Origin: an uncultured virus (IMG/VR IMGVR_UViG_3300043543_000740)
Taxonomy: Duplodnaviria; Heunggongvirae; Uroviricota; Caudoviricetes
DNA: 64,000 nucleotides
Reading direction: 5' to 3' (one strand)
IMG/VR virus record: IMGVR_UViG_3300043543_000740
The translations under genes were made by a program, and so were the position numbers. The notes below the pieces were generated by a model, which saw nothing but the letters and a program-made list of their open reading frames with translations, was not told where the DNA came from and made no database searches. Positions 1 to 9,418 of the stretch are shown here, piece after piece. Every line of letters begins with the position of its first letter. Position 1 is the first letter of the stretch.

Positions 1-216
1 TCAATCGGCACGCCCCATCTCCTTCAAGAGCCAGGCGGCGTAGTGGACCAGGTTGATCGTGCCGTCGGCGTTCCTGGGCGCGCCGGCCGCCACGTCTGCC
101 TGGAGCATCTCGACGGTCACCGCCTGGCCGCCCACGCGGGCCAGCAGCCTGGCGGCATCTGCCAGCGTCAGCGCGTTCGGATTGAGGCCGGTCGCCTCGC
201 GGTAATCAGTTGTCAT
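1..216 (-). CDS. Small HTH protein, putative terminase small subunit-like
   Basis: 71 aa (MTTDYRE...INLVHYAAWL); paralog of 46871-47083, which abuts the large terminase. Confidence 0.65.
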   Translation of the reverse strand: MTTDYREATGLNPNALTLADAARLLARVGGQAVTVEMLQADVAAGAPRNADGTINLVHYAAWLLKEMGRAD

Positions 217-247
217 ACCGCCTCGCAAGAATCTCGGAATTCCCGAG

Positions 248-299
248 GGATTCCGGCCAAATCGCCTTGCCTTTCTCGGCACCCCAGCGCAACTGACTG
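248..299 (+). promoter_or_regulatory. Conserved upstream motif of accessory operon (putative promoter)
   Basis: GGATTCCGGCC..TCGC..AACTGACTG resembles 47107-47156 (+) and 51671-51723 (-). Confidence 0.4.
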
Positions 300-349
300 A
301 TGTTCGCATGTACATCATTCCGCCCACACGAGTTCCGAGAGACGGCACC

Positions 350-1213
350 ATGATCGAAGCACGCCAGCTCACCTTCGGGGTCGAGATTGAAACCGTCGCC
401 CCCGACCATCTGGTCCGCCAGGAGGGCGGCCTGCGCCTCCGCATCGGCCCGCGGCACCGCGGCATCCAGGTGCCCTACCTGCCGGTCGGCTGGCGGGCGG
501 AACAGGATTGTTCCATCGCCGCCGACCACGGCGGGCACGCCTGCGAGATCGTCAGCCCCATCCTCCAGGGACCTGAAGGGCTGGCGGCGGTCACCCAGGC
601 CTTGCAGGTGCTCAAGGACAAGGGCCATTCCGTCAACGCCAGCTGCGGCGTCCACGTCCACGTCGGCTGGCCGCGCCAGCTTCCCGCCGAGGCCCTGGCC
701 CGCCTGGTGACGATGGTCGCCTACATCGAGAAGGGCCTGTACGCCATCACCGGCACCAAGAACCGCGAACGCGGCACCTATTGCCGGGGCGTCCGCCGGT
801 ACAACGACCGCACCAACGCTACTGACCAGATCGAGCGCGTCCGCTACCACGTTTTGAACCTGACCAACCTTGCCAACGGCACCAAGCGGACCATCGAGTT
901 CCGCGTCTTCTCGGGCTCCCTCAACCCCATCAAGGTCGTCGGCTGGGTCCAGGTCTGCCTGGGCCTGGTCGAACGCGCGCTCAACGGCAAGCGCACGCCG
1001 GTCTGGCATCCCAAGCCGCCGAGCGGCGGCTGGAAGAAGCCTGGCGAGGGCCAGAGCGAGGTCGAACGCCTGCTCGGCTTTCTGGCCTGGGGACTGGGCT
1101 ACGCGCGCATTCACGGCGGCCGGCAGTACGGCTGGATGCTGGACGCCGAGACCCAGGACGCGGTCAAGGCCGAGTTCCGCCGGCTGGCCAGGAAGTACGA
1201 CGAGCAGGCTTAA
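350..1213 (+). CDS. Putative amidoligase (COOH-NH2 ligase family)
   Basis: TFGVEIE, EIVSP, SCGVHVH and TIEFR motifs. Confidence 0.85.
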   Translation: MIEARQLTFGVEIETVAPDHLVRQEGGLRLRIGPRHRGIQVPYLPVGWRAEQDCSIAADHGGHACEIVSPILQGPEGLAAVTQALQVLKDKGHSVNASCGVHVHVGWPRQLPAEALARLVTMVAYIEKGLYAITGTKNRERGTYCRGVRRYNDRTNATDQIERVRYHVLNLTNLANGTKRTIEFRVFSGSLNPIKVVGWVQVCLGLVERALNGKRTPVWHPKPPSGGWKKPGEGQSEVERLLGFLAWGLGYARIHGGRQYGWMLDAETQDAVKAEFRRLARKYDEQA

Positions 1214-1226
1214 CCGGAGAAGCATC

Positions 1227-1883
1227 ATGTGCGGCATCTTTGGATTCATCACGAAAACGGGACACGGGCCAGACCTGGCCCGCCTCAAGCGCATCGCTCG
1301 GGAGACCCAGCGCCGGGGACACCACGCCTTCGGCCTGGCCTGGGTTGCGGCCGACGGCCGCTTGCACGCGTTCAAACGTCCGGGGCCGGCCACGGCGGAC
1401 CTCGACGACCTCGACCGGTGCGCGGGGGCGTGCATCGTCATCGGCCATTGCCGGTGGGCGACGCACGGGACACCGGACGACAACCGCAACAACCATCCGC
1501 ACCCGGCCGGGCGGGGCTGGTTGGTCCACAACGGCGTCGTGGTCAACCACGCCAGCCTGGTGCAGCGCTACCGCCTGACGCCAAAGACGCAATGCGACAG
1601 CGAGGTCCTCGGCGGACTGATGGCCCGGTTCGCCGGGTCGCTGGCCGCGCGAGCGGAGCACACGACCCGGCTCGCCGAGGGGCCGCTGGCACTGCTGGGC
1701 GTCTGGCGAGCGCCGCCGCGCCTCCTGATTGTGCGGCATGGCAACCCGCTCCACTTCGGCCAGACCCACGAAGGCTTCTACTTCGGCTCCCTGGCCGATG
1801 GCCTGCCGGGCCGCGTACTGCCGGTCGCCGACGACCGCGTGCGCGTGCTGGTCTACGACGCAGAGCTTCGCTTCGGGACGTAA
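1227..1883 (+). CDS. Class II glutamine amidotransferase
   Basis: N-terminal MCGIFG, GHCRWATHG, NNHP, HNG and DSE motifs. Confidence 0.9.
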   Translation: MCGIFGFITKTGHGPDLARLKRIARETQRRGHHAFGLAWVAADGRLHAFKRPGPATADLDDLDRCAGACIVIGHCRWATHGTPDDNRNNHPHPAGRGWLVHNGVVVNHASLVQRYRLTPKTQCDSEVLGGLMARFAGSLAARAEHTTRLAEGPLALLGVWRAPPRLLIVRHGNPLHFGQTHEGFYFGSLADGLPGRVLPVADDRVRVLVYDAELRFGT

Positions 1884-1884
1884 A

Positions 1885-1947
1885 GCCGAAACGCGGGCTG
1901 GCCCCGCGTCGCGGCGGGTGGTTCCCGCCGCCTGATGATGGCAGCCA
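1885..1947 (+). ncRNA. Type II hammerhead ribozyme HHR1 (predicted cleavage after 1910)
   Basis: GCC-GAAAC-GCGGG/CCCGC-GTC-GCGGCGGG/TGGTT/CCCGCCGC-CTGATGA-T-GGC-AGCCA. Confidence 0.9.
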
Positions 1948-1979
1948 GACCATCGGGAACGCCCCGGGAGAACAACGCC

Positions 1980-2138
1980 ATGACCGAGAAGGACTGGGAC
2001 CTCTTCTGCGAGCTGCTCGAAAGGCTGGTATCGCAGCCGGGCTCCTGGAAGGAGAAGAAGGAAACGGTCGAGGCCGAGGCTTCGCGCCGCGGCGCCGACA
2101 CCGCGCTGGAAGAGTTCGTTGGCTGGTTTTCGGAATGA
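1980..2138 (+). CDS. Small hypothetical protein (52 aa) between two hammerheads
   Basis: GGAG RBS; the stop codon directly precedes HHR2. Confidence 0.65.
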   Translation: MTEKDWDLFCELLERLVSQPGSWKEKKETVEAEASRRGADTALEEFVGWFSE

Positions 2139-2139
2139 A

Positions 2140-2207
2140 GCCGAAACGCCGCAGGTCCACCCTGTGGCGTCGCGGCGGGTGGTTCCCGCCGCCTGATGAT
2201 GGCAGCC
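2140..2207 (+). ncRNA. Type II hammerhead ribozyme HHR2 (predicted cleavage after 2171)
   Basis: Same core; stem III is GCCGCAGG/CCTGTGGC. Confidence 0.9.
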
Positions 2208-2240
2208 CATCCATCGCAACCTCTTTCGAGGAGATTCACC

Positions 2241-2765
2241 ATGAAGAAGGACGAGATCAAGGTCGGCGGAACGTACCTGGCCAAGGTGAGCGACAAGGTT
2301 GTTCCCGTGCGCATCGACGCCGAGAACGCGCACGGCGGCTGGGACGCGACCAATCTGCTGACCGACAAGAAGGTCCGCATCAAGAGCGCCCAGCGCCTGC
2401 GCTGCCCGGCCAACCGCGACGGTTCGCCCCAGGTCCAGCCCGAAGTCCAGGCTCCTAGCAACGACGCTAAGAAGACCGCAAAGGGCAAAGCCAAGAAGAG
2501 TGCCAAGGCCAAGTCCGACGGCGAGGCCAAGGCGAAGAAGGTCGGCTGCCTGGACGCCGCCGCCAAGGTCCTGGCCGAAAACGGGCAGGCGATGAACTGC
2601 CAGGAGATGATCGAGGCGATGGCGACCAAGGGCTATTGGACCAGCCCCGGCGGCAAGACGCCGCACGCGACGCTCTACAGCGCCATCCTCCGAGAGATCA
2701 CCACCAAGGGCCAGGAGTCCCGATTCGTCAAGAGCGAGCGCGGCAAGTTCGCGCTGGCCCGGTAG
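2241..2765 (+). CDS. Lys-rich protein with C-terminal HARE-HTH-like winged helix
   Basis: LDAAAKVL...[16 protein letters not shown]; paralogs at 48269 and 51312. Confidence 0.8.
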   Translation: MKKDEIKVGGTYLAKVSDKVVPVRIDAENAHGGWDATNLLTDKKVRIKSAQRLRCPANRDGSPQVQPEVQAPSNDAKKTAKGKAKKSAKAKSDGEAKAKKVGCLDAAAKVLAENGQAMNCQEMIEAMATKGYWTSPGGKTPHATLYSAILREITTKGQESRFVKSERGKFALAR

Positions 2766-2779
2766 AAACGGAGACCACG

Positions 2780-3139
2780 ATGGACCGCGAAATTCTGAAG
2801 CTGATGGCCCACATCGACCAGACGCGGGCCGACGTGCGGACGTCCCTCGAACGCATGGACCCTGACGACCTGGTTGTGCTGTTCCGCGATTGCACCAGCG
2901 GCCGGCTGGCCGGCATGGATGAGCCGGTGCAGCTGTTGGTCGGCATGCTGGCGGCGATGGCCATCTACGACCTCTGCCAGAGCCAGCAAGACGAGGACGA
3001 CTGGACGCCGCCCGGCCGGGCATGCCCGCACTGCGGCGAGGACGACATCGACCACCTCGTCTGGCTCGACGACGAGAAGGTGCGCTGCACGAGCTGCGGC
3101 ACCGTCTACGATCCGAAACAGCCGGACACGGAAGCGTAG
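2780..3139 (+). CDS. Hypothetical protein with C-terminal Zn ribbon
   Basis: CPHC...CTSC; GGAG RBS. Confidence 0.65.
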   Translation: MDREILKLMAHIDQTRADVRTSLERMDPDDLVVLFRDCTSGRLAGMDEPVQLLVGMLAAMAIYDLCQSQQDEDDWTPPGRACPHCGEDDIDHLVWLDDEKVRCTSCGTVYDPKQPDTEA

Positions 3140-3165
3140 CCCGTCCCGACAACCCTGTCGCCCAC

Positions 3166-3194
3166 GAGACCCCCCAGCGGGGTCTCTTCTTGTT
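3166..3194 (+). terminator. Intrinsic terminator of accessory operon A
   Basis: GAGACCCC-N5-GGGGTCTC followed by TTCTTGTT. Confidence 0.7.
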
Positions 3195-3205
3195 GGTCGC
3201 GTGAT

Positions 3206-3649
3206 TCATCCTGGCACCTCCGACGTAGCGTGGGCTAACGTGGGCGAGCGGTCGGTCCCGGTTGGCGCTGGGTCCGCCTCCGTGGAACCGGACGCGACGT
3301 GGGCGAACGTGGGCGAACCTGTGGCCAAGTCCGGGGCCAGATAGCCTACCGGCTTGCCCAACTCCCGCGCGATGCGGATTTCCGCCTGCACGCCGACACT
3401 CTCCTCCCAGCCGTCGAGCATCAGGACCAGAACCTCGTCGCACCGCTCCAGGAACGCTCGGTCGTACCGCTCCCAGAAGTGCCAGTTGCCCGGCAGGCCG
3501 TGCTGCGCCAGCGGATGGCTGTGGGCGATGGGCGAGAAGACCACCCGGCCGGCGTGGAGCAAGGCGACCGCCGCCTGGCACGCAGCGCGAAACCGCTGTT
3601 CGCGCACCGCCGGGTCCGGGTGCGAGTACGGGCTGGCCAGGTAGATCAT
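3206..3649 (-). CDS. DUF1937 / nucleoside deoxyribosyltransferase-like protein
   Basis: MIYLASPYSH...FSPIAHSH...GWEESVGVQAEI. Confidence 0.8.
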   Translation of the reverse strand: MIYLASPYSHPDPAVREQRFRAACQAAVALLHAGRVVFSPIAHSHPLAQHGLPGNWHFWERYDRAFLERCDEVLVLMLDGWEESVGVQAEIRIARELGKPVGYLAPDLATGSPTFAHVASGSTEADPAPTGTDRSPTLAHATSEVPG

Positions 3650-4032
3650 TTTTCCTCCTTCACCTCATTCGGCTGCCGAGGACCGATGTCGATGAGCGAG
3701 GCCGGCAGACGGTCAGCATCGGCCCGCGCCTCCGTCTCCAGTGCCGCCAGCAGGTTCCAGGCGGCCGCCACGAGGTGGTCCTCGTCGTCCCGGCCCGCCA
3801 GGTAAGCGAACAGGTGTCGCAGGGCCGAGTCCACGAAGCGGCTGAGCGGGATACCCTGCTCCCAGTTCCGGTCGCCGTACTTGGCTGCGCCTTTCTCGAA
3901 GTGCCGGGCCAGGCGGGTCAAAGCCAGCGCGGGAAGCAAGTCGAACCGACCCTTGCCAGCTTGCCGGTCCCGCACCGCCCCGGTCGCAAACTGCTGGCGC
4001 TCGCCCGAGTCGTGCAGCGTGTAGTCGCGCAT
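3646..4032 (-). CDS. dATP/dGTP diphosphohydrolase-domain (DUF5664-like) protein
   Basis: GKGRFDLLP, GAAKYGDRNWEQG and EDHLVAAAWN motifs. Confidence 0.8.
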   Translation of the reverse strand: MRDYTLHDSGERQQFATGAVRDRQAGKGRFDLLPALALTRLARHFEKGAAKYGDRNWEQGIPLSRFVDSALRHLFAYLAGRDDEDHLVAAAWNLLAALETEARADADRLPASLIDIGPRQPNEVKEEK

Positions 4033-5342
4033 CACGACGATCTCCTTTCTGGCCTCTTGCCCGTAAACTTCTCGAACCTCTGGACGATCACGTCGCAGTA
4101 CAGCGGGTCCAACTCCATAAGGAACGCCTTGCGGCCTGTTTGCTCCGCGCCAATGAGCGTCGAGCCGCTGCCGCCGAAGAGATCGATCACGTTCTCACCG
4201 GCCCGCGACGAATACTGCATCGCCCGCACGGCCAGCTCGACCGGCTTCTCGGTCAGGTGGACCATGCTCTGCGGGTTGACCTTCTTGACCGACCAGACAT
4301 CGACGGCATTGTTTGGTCCGAGAAAGACATGCGCCGCGCCTTCGCGCCAGCCGTAGAAGCACCACTCATGATTGCCCATGAAGTCTTTGCGCGTGAGGAC
4401 CGGATGCTCCTTGACCCAGATGATGGCCTGCGAGAAATACAGCTCGCACGCCTTCAGCACGGGCGGGTAGTTGGCCACGTTCGCGTAACCGCCCCAGATG
4501 TAGAATGCTCGGCCGGGCTGCAGCACGCGGGCGAGGTTGCCGAACCAGGCGTGCAGCATCTGGTCGAACGCTTCCTCGGAGACGAAGTCGTTGGCCAGTG
4601 GCCGGTCCTTCGGCCGCAGCTTCTTGTGCGTCGGCGCCTTTGGCCCCTGACGCGCGACATCGAAGGACTGGTGATGGTTTTGCGGCTGGGTGTTGGAGTC
4701 GCCGAACGATGACAGGCCGGCGGCGATGGCGTTGTTGGAGCGCGGTTCGACCTTCACGTTGTACGGCGGGTCGGTGTTGACCAGGTGGATCGCCGCGCCG
4801 CCGAGTAGCCGGTCCACGCCCTCCGGCTTGCCGCTGTCGCCGCACAGCAGGCGGTGGTCGCCGAGCAGCCACAGGTCGCCGGGGCGCGTGGTCGCCTCAT
4901 CGGGCGGCGCGGGCACCTCGTCGGGGTCGGTCAGCCCGTCCTTGACGCCGGGGTCGAGCAGCCGGGCCAGCTCGTCCTGGTCGAAACCGAGCAGGCCCAG
5001 GTCGAAGTCGCACGCCTTCAGCTCGCCCAGCTCGATGGGGAGCAGGTCGTAGTTCCAGTCGGACAGCTCGGCGCTCTTGTTGTCGGCGATGCGGTAGGCC
5101 CGGATCTGCTCGGGCGTCAGGTCCGTGGCGACGTGGACCGGCACCTTCTCCAGGCCCAGCTTCTGTGCGGCCTTGTAGCGCGTGTGGCCGACGACGATGA
5201 CGCCCTCGGCGTCCACCACGATGGGCTGGCGGAAGCCGAACTCGCGGAGCGACGCGGCGACGGCGTCCACCGCGTCGTCGTTGACGCGGGGGTTGTTCGG
5301 GTAGGGCTTGATCTCGGACAGCTTCCGCAGTTCGATCTTCAT
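4032..5342 (-). CDS. ParB-N domain + N6/N4 DNA methyltransferase (intact)
   Basis: PYPNNPR/VVGHTR ParB motifs; TDPPY and DLFGGSGS MTase motifs. Confidence 0.92.
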   Translation of the reverse strand: MKIELRKLSEIKPYPNNPRVNDDAVDAVAASLREFGFRQPIVVDAEGVIVVGHTRYKAAQKLGLEKVPVHVATDLTPEQIRAYRIADNKSAELSDWNYDLLPIELGELKACDFDLGLLGFDQDELARLLDPGVKDGLTDPDEVPAPPDEATTRPGDLWLLGDHRLLCGDSGKPEGVDRLLGGAAIHLVNTDPPYNVKVEPRSNNAIAAGLSSFGDSNTQPQNHHQSFDVARQGPKAPTHKKLRPKDRPLANDFVSEEAFDQMLHAWFGNLARVLQPGRAFYIWGGYANVANYPPVLKACELYFSQAIIWVKEHPVLTRKDFMGNHEWCFYGWREGAAHVFLGPNNAVDVWSVKKVNPQSMVHLTEKPVELAVRAMQYSSRAGENVIDLFGGSGSTLIGAEQTGRKAFLMELDPLYCDVIVQRFEKFTGKRPERRSS

Positions 5343-5363
5343 GGCTCTCTGCTCCGTCGAAAG

Positions 5364-5448
5364 TTCGGACCTCGAAAACAAACTCTGCTTACCTTGGCGG
5401 CTGTTCCCGCCGGGGTCAAAAAGCGCAATAAGGCCCGGAAGTACCTAT
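5364..5448. other. Conserved non-coding site, candidate cos/packaging site
   Basis: AAACTCTGC..TGTTCC..GGAAGTACCTAT has the same spacing as 61281-61365. Confidence 0.45.
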
Positions 5449-5591
5449 CCGGCAAGGGAAACGAGGGAGAGAGAGGAGAGAGAAGACTTCTTGTTGTTAT
5501 TGCCTACCCCTCTCGCAGACCATTTCCCTCTCTCCCCTCGCTCTCGTGTGTGAAGCCGCGCGCAACAACAGCAAGAAGCGCAAGAAGTCCT

Positions 5592-7727
5592 TCACGACGA
5601 ATCCTCCTCGCTCGGGCTGGTTGGAAGCAGACGATACACAGCACCGGGGCGGCCACGCGTCTGCACGACGCGGGCCTCGATGAGCCGCTGCTCCAGCAGC
5701 GTGGCCCGGACCTCCTCGTGCTCCCGGTTGGTCCACGGCAGCCGCCGGTTGATGCGCCAGAACGGCATCCACTCGTCGCCGTGCAGGTCGCGCCACTGGG
5801 CCAGCACTTCCAGGAGCCGCTTTCGTTTGGCGTCGAACTCGCTCTCGCTGGCGTGGCAGCCGGCCATGAACAACATCCGCCGGGTCTGGTGGTCCACGAA
5901 CGACCCCGCCCAGGCGACCGCCTCCGCGCCGATGACCGGATCGACGTGGTTGGCACTGCAGGCGTGGAGCAGCGCCAGGCGGCGGGCCTTCTCGTAGGCC
6001 CGCGCCCAGATCGCCATCGCCACGGTGTCGTTGCGCGTCTCGGCCAGGGCGTAGGCCGCATCGGCCTGCTCGCGGAGCTTGCGGAACTGCTCCCTGGCGT
6101 CGTCGGTCTGCGACACCAGGCGCGGCTCGGGGTGCCAGTCGCTGAGGTTGCCCGGCGCGGCCCCGGGCCGGAATTCGGCCCACCAGCGGGCGGTGTCCAG
6201 GATCGAGGCCGGCACGGGCCGGTCGCCGTCCTCGCGGCCAGTGCCGCGCCGGCGGCATTCGAGCACGACCATGCGGGCCAGGAAGCCGTTTGTCAGAAGC
6301 CGCCGCGACAGTGCCTCATAGAACTGCTTGGGCACGGCAGTGCCGAAAATCGACAAGGACGGCTGATCGATGACGGTCCGCTCCCGGCCTGCCTTGGCTC
6401 GCATCACGTAGACGCCGCTGGCGCTGGAATACATCTGCAGCAGCATCGAAACGATCTGCTCGTGCCGCGCGTCCTTGGCCTGGCTGACGCGCAGCAAGAG
6501 GCCGTCGATCTCGTCCACCTGGTAGAGGACGGCAGGCTGGACAAACAGGCGGTCCTCGATCCCCTCGCCGCTGGCGAAGCTGTTGCCAAGGCACTCGGCC
6601 AGCCCCGCCTCGTACAGGATGCGCTGGTTCACCTTGCGGGCGTGGTCCTTGCCGACGCCGGAGTTGGCCAGGCCCAGGATGTACAAGTTGGTTCGGTTGC
6701 CCATCGGGTCGCGGACCTTGCGTCCGGCCAGCACGGCCTGCAGCGCCAGCGCCCCGCAGAAAGCCATGACCCGTTCCGGGTAAGGGGCAGTGTCGAGGGT
6801 GTAGGCCATCACCTCGTCGATGAAGCCCGGCACGCGGAGCAGGTCGTCGGAAATCGGGCCGGGGTCCTTCGCATCGGCCTCCTCGTTTGGCGTTGCCTCG
6901 GCATACATCTGATCCCAGTGGTTCTCGGCCAGGGCAACTGCGACCTGGTCCGGCTCGTACCTGGCGACGCTGGCGGCGATCCGCTCGACCTCGCGCGGCG
7001 ACAGGGCCGGCACGCACCGATCCGTGTTTACGCGCAGCAGCGCGGCCGCGATCTCGGCCTGGGACATCCCCACCCGGCGCATATTCCCGCCCAGACGCGC
7101 CAGGGTCGCGTTCCGTTGGCCCTCCGGGATCGTGTTCGCCTCGGGGGGGCCGGCCGCGACGTGGGCCAACGTGGGCGTTCCGTTGGCCGACGGCGCGGCC
7201 AACCCGTCGAGTTCCTGAGCCAACCACGGCGGCGGTTCGGGGAGGCGGTCGGGCGGCTCGTCGAGTTCCAGGCCCGGTGCCCAGCGGTAGGCCTTTCCGC
7301 CCTCGACCACGGACGGCGGGGCCACGATGTAGCCGCCGTCGGCCCGCGTATCGACCTTCGGGGCCAGCCGGCCTTCTGTGCAGCGCCAGTGCTTGCCAGC
7401 CGGCTGCCGGAACAGGCGATGACTGCCGCCGCGCGGCGTCAGTGCCATCGGCCCCGCCGCCAGGTCGAGCATCCGCTCGGGATCGTCGCCGGGCCAAGGG
7501 TTGCCGCCGCCGTCGATGTCGATGACCACCAGCCCCTCGGTGGGGATGCCGATGTTGGCGCAGGGGTGCTGCGTCCACCAGCGCTCGATCTGGTCGGGGT
7601 CGCAGGTCGCGTCGTGGAAGCCGTGCTCGGTGAGCGGGACCTTCGTGCCCGGCGCGCAGGGGAACACCCGGTAGCCCAGATCGGCATAGCGGAGCGCGGT
7701 GGTCAGCAGCTCGTTCGGCGTCACCAC
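5592..7727 (-). CDS. Bifunctional primase-polymerase with PriCT and DUF3987-like helicase domain
   Basis: YRVFP, ANIGI, VIDID, DTRADGGYIVAPPS, GQRNATL and SGVGKD motifs. Confidence 0.9.
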   Translation of the reverse strand: MVTPNELLTTALRYADLGYRVFPCAPGTKVPLTEHGFHDATCDPDQIERWWTQHPCANIGIPTEGLVVIDIDGGGNPWPGDDPERMLDLAAGPMALTPRGGSHRLFRQPAGKHWRCTEGRLAPKVDTRADGGYIVAPPSVVEGGKAYRWAPGLELDEPPDRLPEPPPWLAQELDGLAAPSANGTPTLAHVAAGPPEANTIPEGQRNATLARLGGNMRRVGMSQAEIAAALLRVNTDRCVPALSPREVERIAASVARYEPDQVAVALAENHWDQMYAEATPNEEADAKDPGPISDDLLRVPGFIDEVMAYTLDTAPYPERVMAFCGALALQAVLAGRKVRDPMGNRTNLYILGLANSGVGKDHARKVNQRILYEAGLAECLGNSFASGEGIEDRLFVQPAVLYQVDEIDGLLLRVSQAKDARHEQIVSMLLQMYSSASGVYVMRAKAGRERTVIDQPSLSIFGTAVPKQFYEALSRRLLTNGFLARMVVLECRRRGTGREDGDRPVPASILDTARWWAEFRPGAAPGNLSDWHPEPRLVSQTDDAREQFRKLREQADAAYALAETRNDTVAMAIWARAYEKARRLALLHACSANHVDPVIGAEAVAWAGSFVDHQTRRMLFMAGCHASESEFDAKRKRLLEVLAQWRDLHGDEWMPFWRINRRLPWTNREHEEVRATLLEQRLIEARVVQTRGRPGAVYRLLPTSPSEEDSS

Positions 7728-9418
7728 GGAATCTCCTCCTCCGCGGCGACCGCGTTGTAACCGAAGGGGAAGTCGAGGGCATCCTCCCGCAGGTTCTGGT
7801 CGCCCAGCGGCGGCGGGATGTCGCCCAGCTCGTAGCCGATAATCCGGTCGTAGTCCTCACCCGTGACGCTGCGGACGGTGATCTCGCGCGTCGGGGCCAG
7901 GCGTCCGGCCTGAGCCAGGGAGACCGCCTCGTCCGCCGACTCCGGGACCGGCTCCCGCGACCGCCGTCTCCACCAGGCGACCGCCTTCTGCCGGGCGTAA
8001 CCGTCGTGCTCGAAGCAGACCCACTCCGACTTGTACTCGTTCCAGCCGATCTTGTAATCGACCCGCATGGTCCTCGGGGTGTTGTCCGGCGCGCCGCGCT
8101 TCTTATGGACGCTGTAAAACACGTCGCGGACCGCGTACTTGGTCGTCGTCACCTGCCCCGAGAGGATGCCCGCTTCGCTCGCCCTGGCGTCGTGCTTCTG
8201 CCGCTCCGGCGGCGGGAACTCGTGGCCGCAGTCGGGGCAGCGGGCGTAGCCGGCGGCGATGACCGAATGGCACGCGGGGCATTCCTTCGCCGGGGCCTGC
8301 CCACCGCCTGCGTCGCGCTCCGTGACCCTGATCTGGTCCACCGGCCCGTGCCGCAGCACGTTGCCGCCGAAGTCCAAGACCAGGCAGTTGGTCTTGCTCG
8401 GGTGCAGGCGGAAGCCGCGGCCGACCATCTGGTAGTAGAGGCCTGCCGACAGCGTTGGGCGGATCAACGCCACGCAGTCGATGTTCGGAGCGTCGAAGCC
8501 GGTGGTCAAGACGTTGACGTTGCACAGGTACTTCAGCCCGCCGCGCTTGAAGCGGTCAAGCAGGGAGTCGCGCCGGTCGGTCGGCGTGTCGCCGGTGACG
8601 AAGCCACAGTCGATGCCGTGCTTGGCCTTCAGCACCGAGACGATGTGTTCGCCGTGCTTGACGCCGCTGGCAAAGAGCAGCACCGCGTTGCGGCTTCGGG
8701 TCTGCTGGACGATCTCGGCGCAGGCGGCTTCGACCAGCGCGTCGTCGTCCATCAGGTCCTCGACCTCGCCAGGGACGAACTCGCCGCCCCGGACGTGCAG
8801 CCCGCTGGTGTCCGCCTTCGCGCGGCCGGCCTTGGTGACGAGCGGGCAGAGGTAGCCCTGCACGATCAGCTCGCGGACGCCGACTTCGTAGCAGACGTGG
8901 TTGAGGAACCCGTCCGGCGTGCAGATCGACCCCGTCTTCAGGCGGAAGGGTGTCGCGGTGAAGCCGACGATCCGCAGGTGGGGGTTGACCACCTTGGCGT
9001 CGGCGAGGAACTGGCGGTACATGCCGTCACCGTCGGGCGGGATCATGTGCGCCTCGTCGATGACGACGAGGTCGAAGGCGTCGAGGTCGCAAGCGCGCCT
9101 GTAGACCGACTGGATGCCGGCCACGATCACCGGGCGGGCGGTGTCGCGCCGCCGCAGGCCGGCCGAGTAGACGCCGAAGCGGACCTCCGGGCAGATCGCG
9201 TTCAGCTTCTCGGCCGCCTGCTCCAGCAGCTCCTTGACGTGCGCGAGGATCAGGACGCGGCCGTTCCAAAGCCCGACCGCGTCCTTGCACATCGAGGCCA
9301 TGACGGGCGTCTTGCCGCCGGCCGTCGGGATCACCACGCACGGGTTGTCGTCCCGCATGCGCAGGTGGTCGTAGACCGCGGCCTTGGCCGCCTCCTGGTA
9401 GGGTCGCAGTTGCAGCAT
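7721..9418 (-). CDS. SF2 DEAH-box helicase
   Basis: LRPYQ, PTAGGKT, DEAH, TATP and QMVGRG motifs; C-terminal Zn finger. Confidence 0.93.
   Translation of the reverse strand: MLQLRPYQEAAKAAVYDHLRMRDDNPCVVIPTAGGKTPVMASMCKDAVGLWNGRVLILAHVKELLEQAAEKLNAICPEVRFGVYSAGLRRRDTARPVIVAGIQSVYRRACDLDAFDLVVIDEAHMIPPDGDGMYRQFLADAKVVNPHLRIVGFTATPFRLKTGSICTPDGFLNHVCYEVGVRELIVQGYLCPLVTKAGRAKADTSGLHVRGGEFVPGEVEDLMDDDALVEAACAEIVQQTRSRNAVLLFASGVKHGEHIVSVLKAKHGIDCGFVTGDTPTDRRDSLLDRFKRGGLKYLCNVNVLTTGFDAPNIDCVALIRPTLSAGLYYQMVGRGFRLHPSKTNCLVLDFGGNVLRHGPVDQIRVTERDAGGGQAPAKECPACHSVIAAGYARCPDCGHEFPPPERQKHDARASEAGILSGQVTTTKYAVRDVFYSVHKKRGAPDNTPRTMRVDYKIGWNEYKSEWVCFEHDGYARQKAVAWWRRRSREPVPESADEAVSLAQAGRLAPTREITVRSVTGEDYDRIIGYELGDIPPPLGDQNLREDALDFPFGYNAVAAEEEIPW

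Noticed and set aside
1885..2207. Intergenic repeats as a CRISPR array, REP elements or terminators
   Set aside because: The 'spacers' are whole genes, there are no cas genes or U-tracts, and the invariant residues match the hammerhead core.
1935..2240. ORF starts MMAA/MTAA at 1935, 2196 and 47588
   Set aside because: These ATGs come from the ribozyme CTGATGA core; RBS-supported starts lie downstream.
3646..4032. Z-genome (2-aminoadenine) pathway
   Set aside because: No PurZ or dedicated DNA polymerase is visible.
1..9418. Prophage A/B similarity as an assembly duplication
   Set aside because: The paralogs are clearly diverged and their accessory gene content differs.
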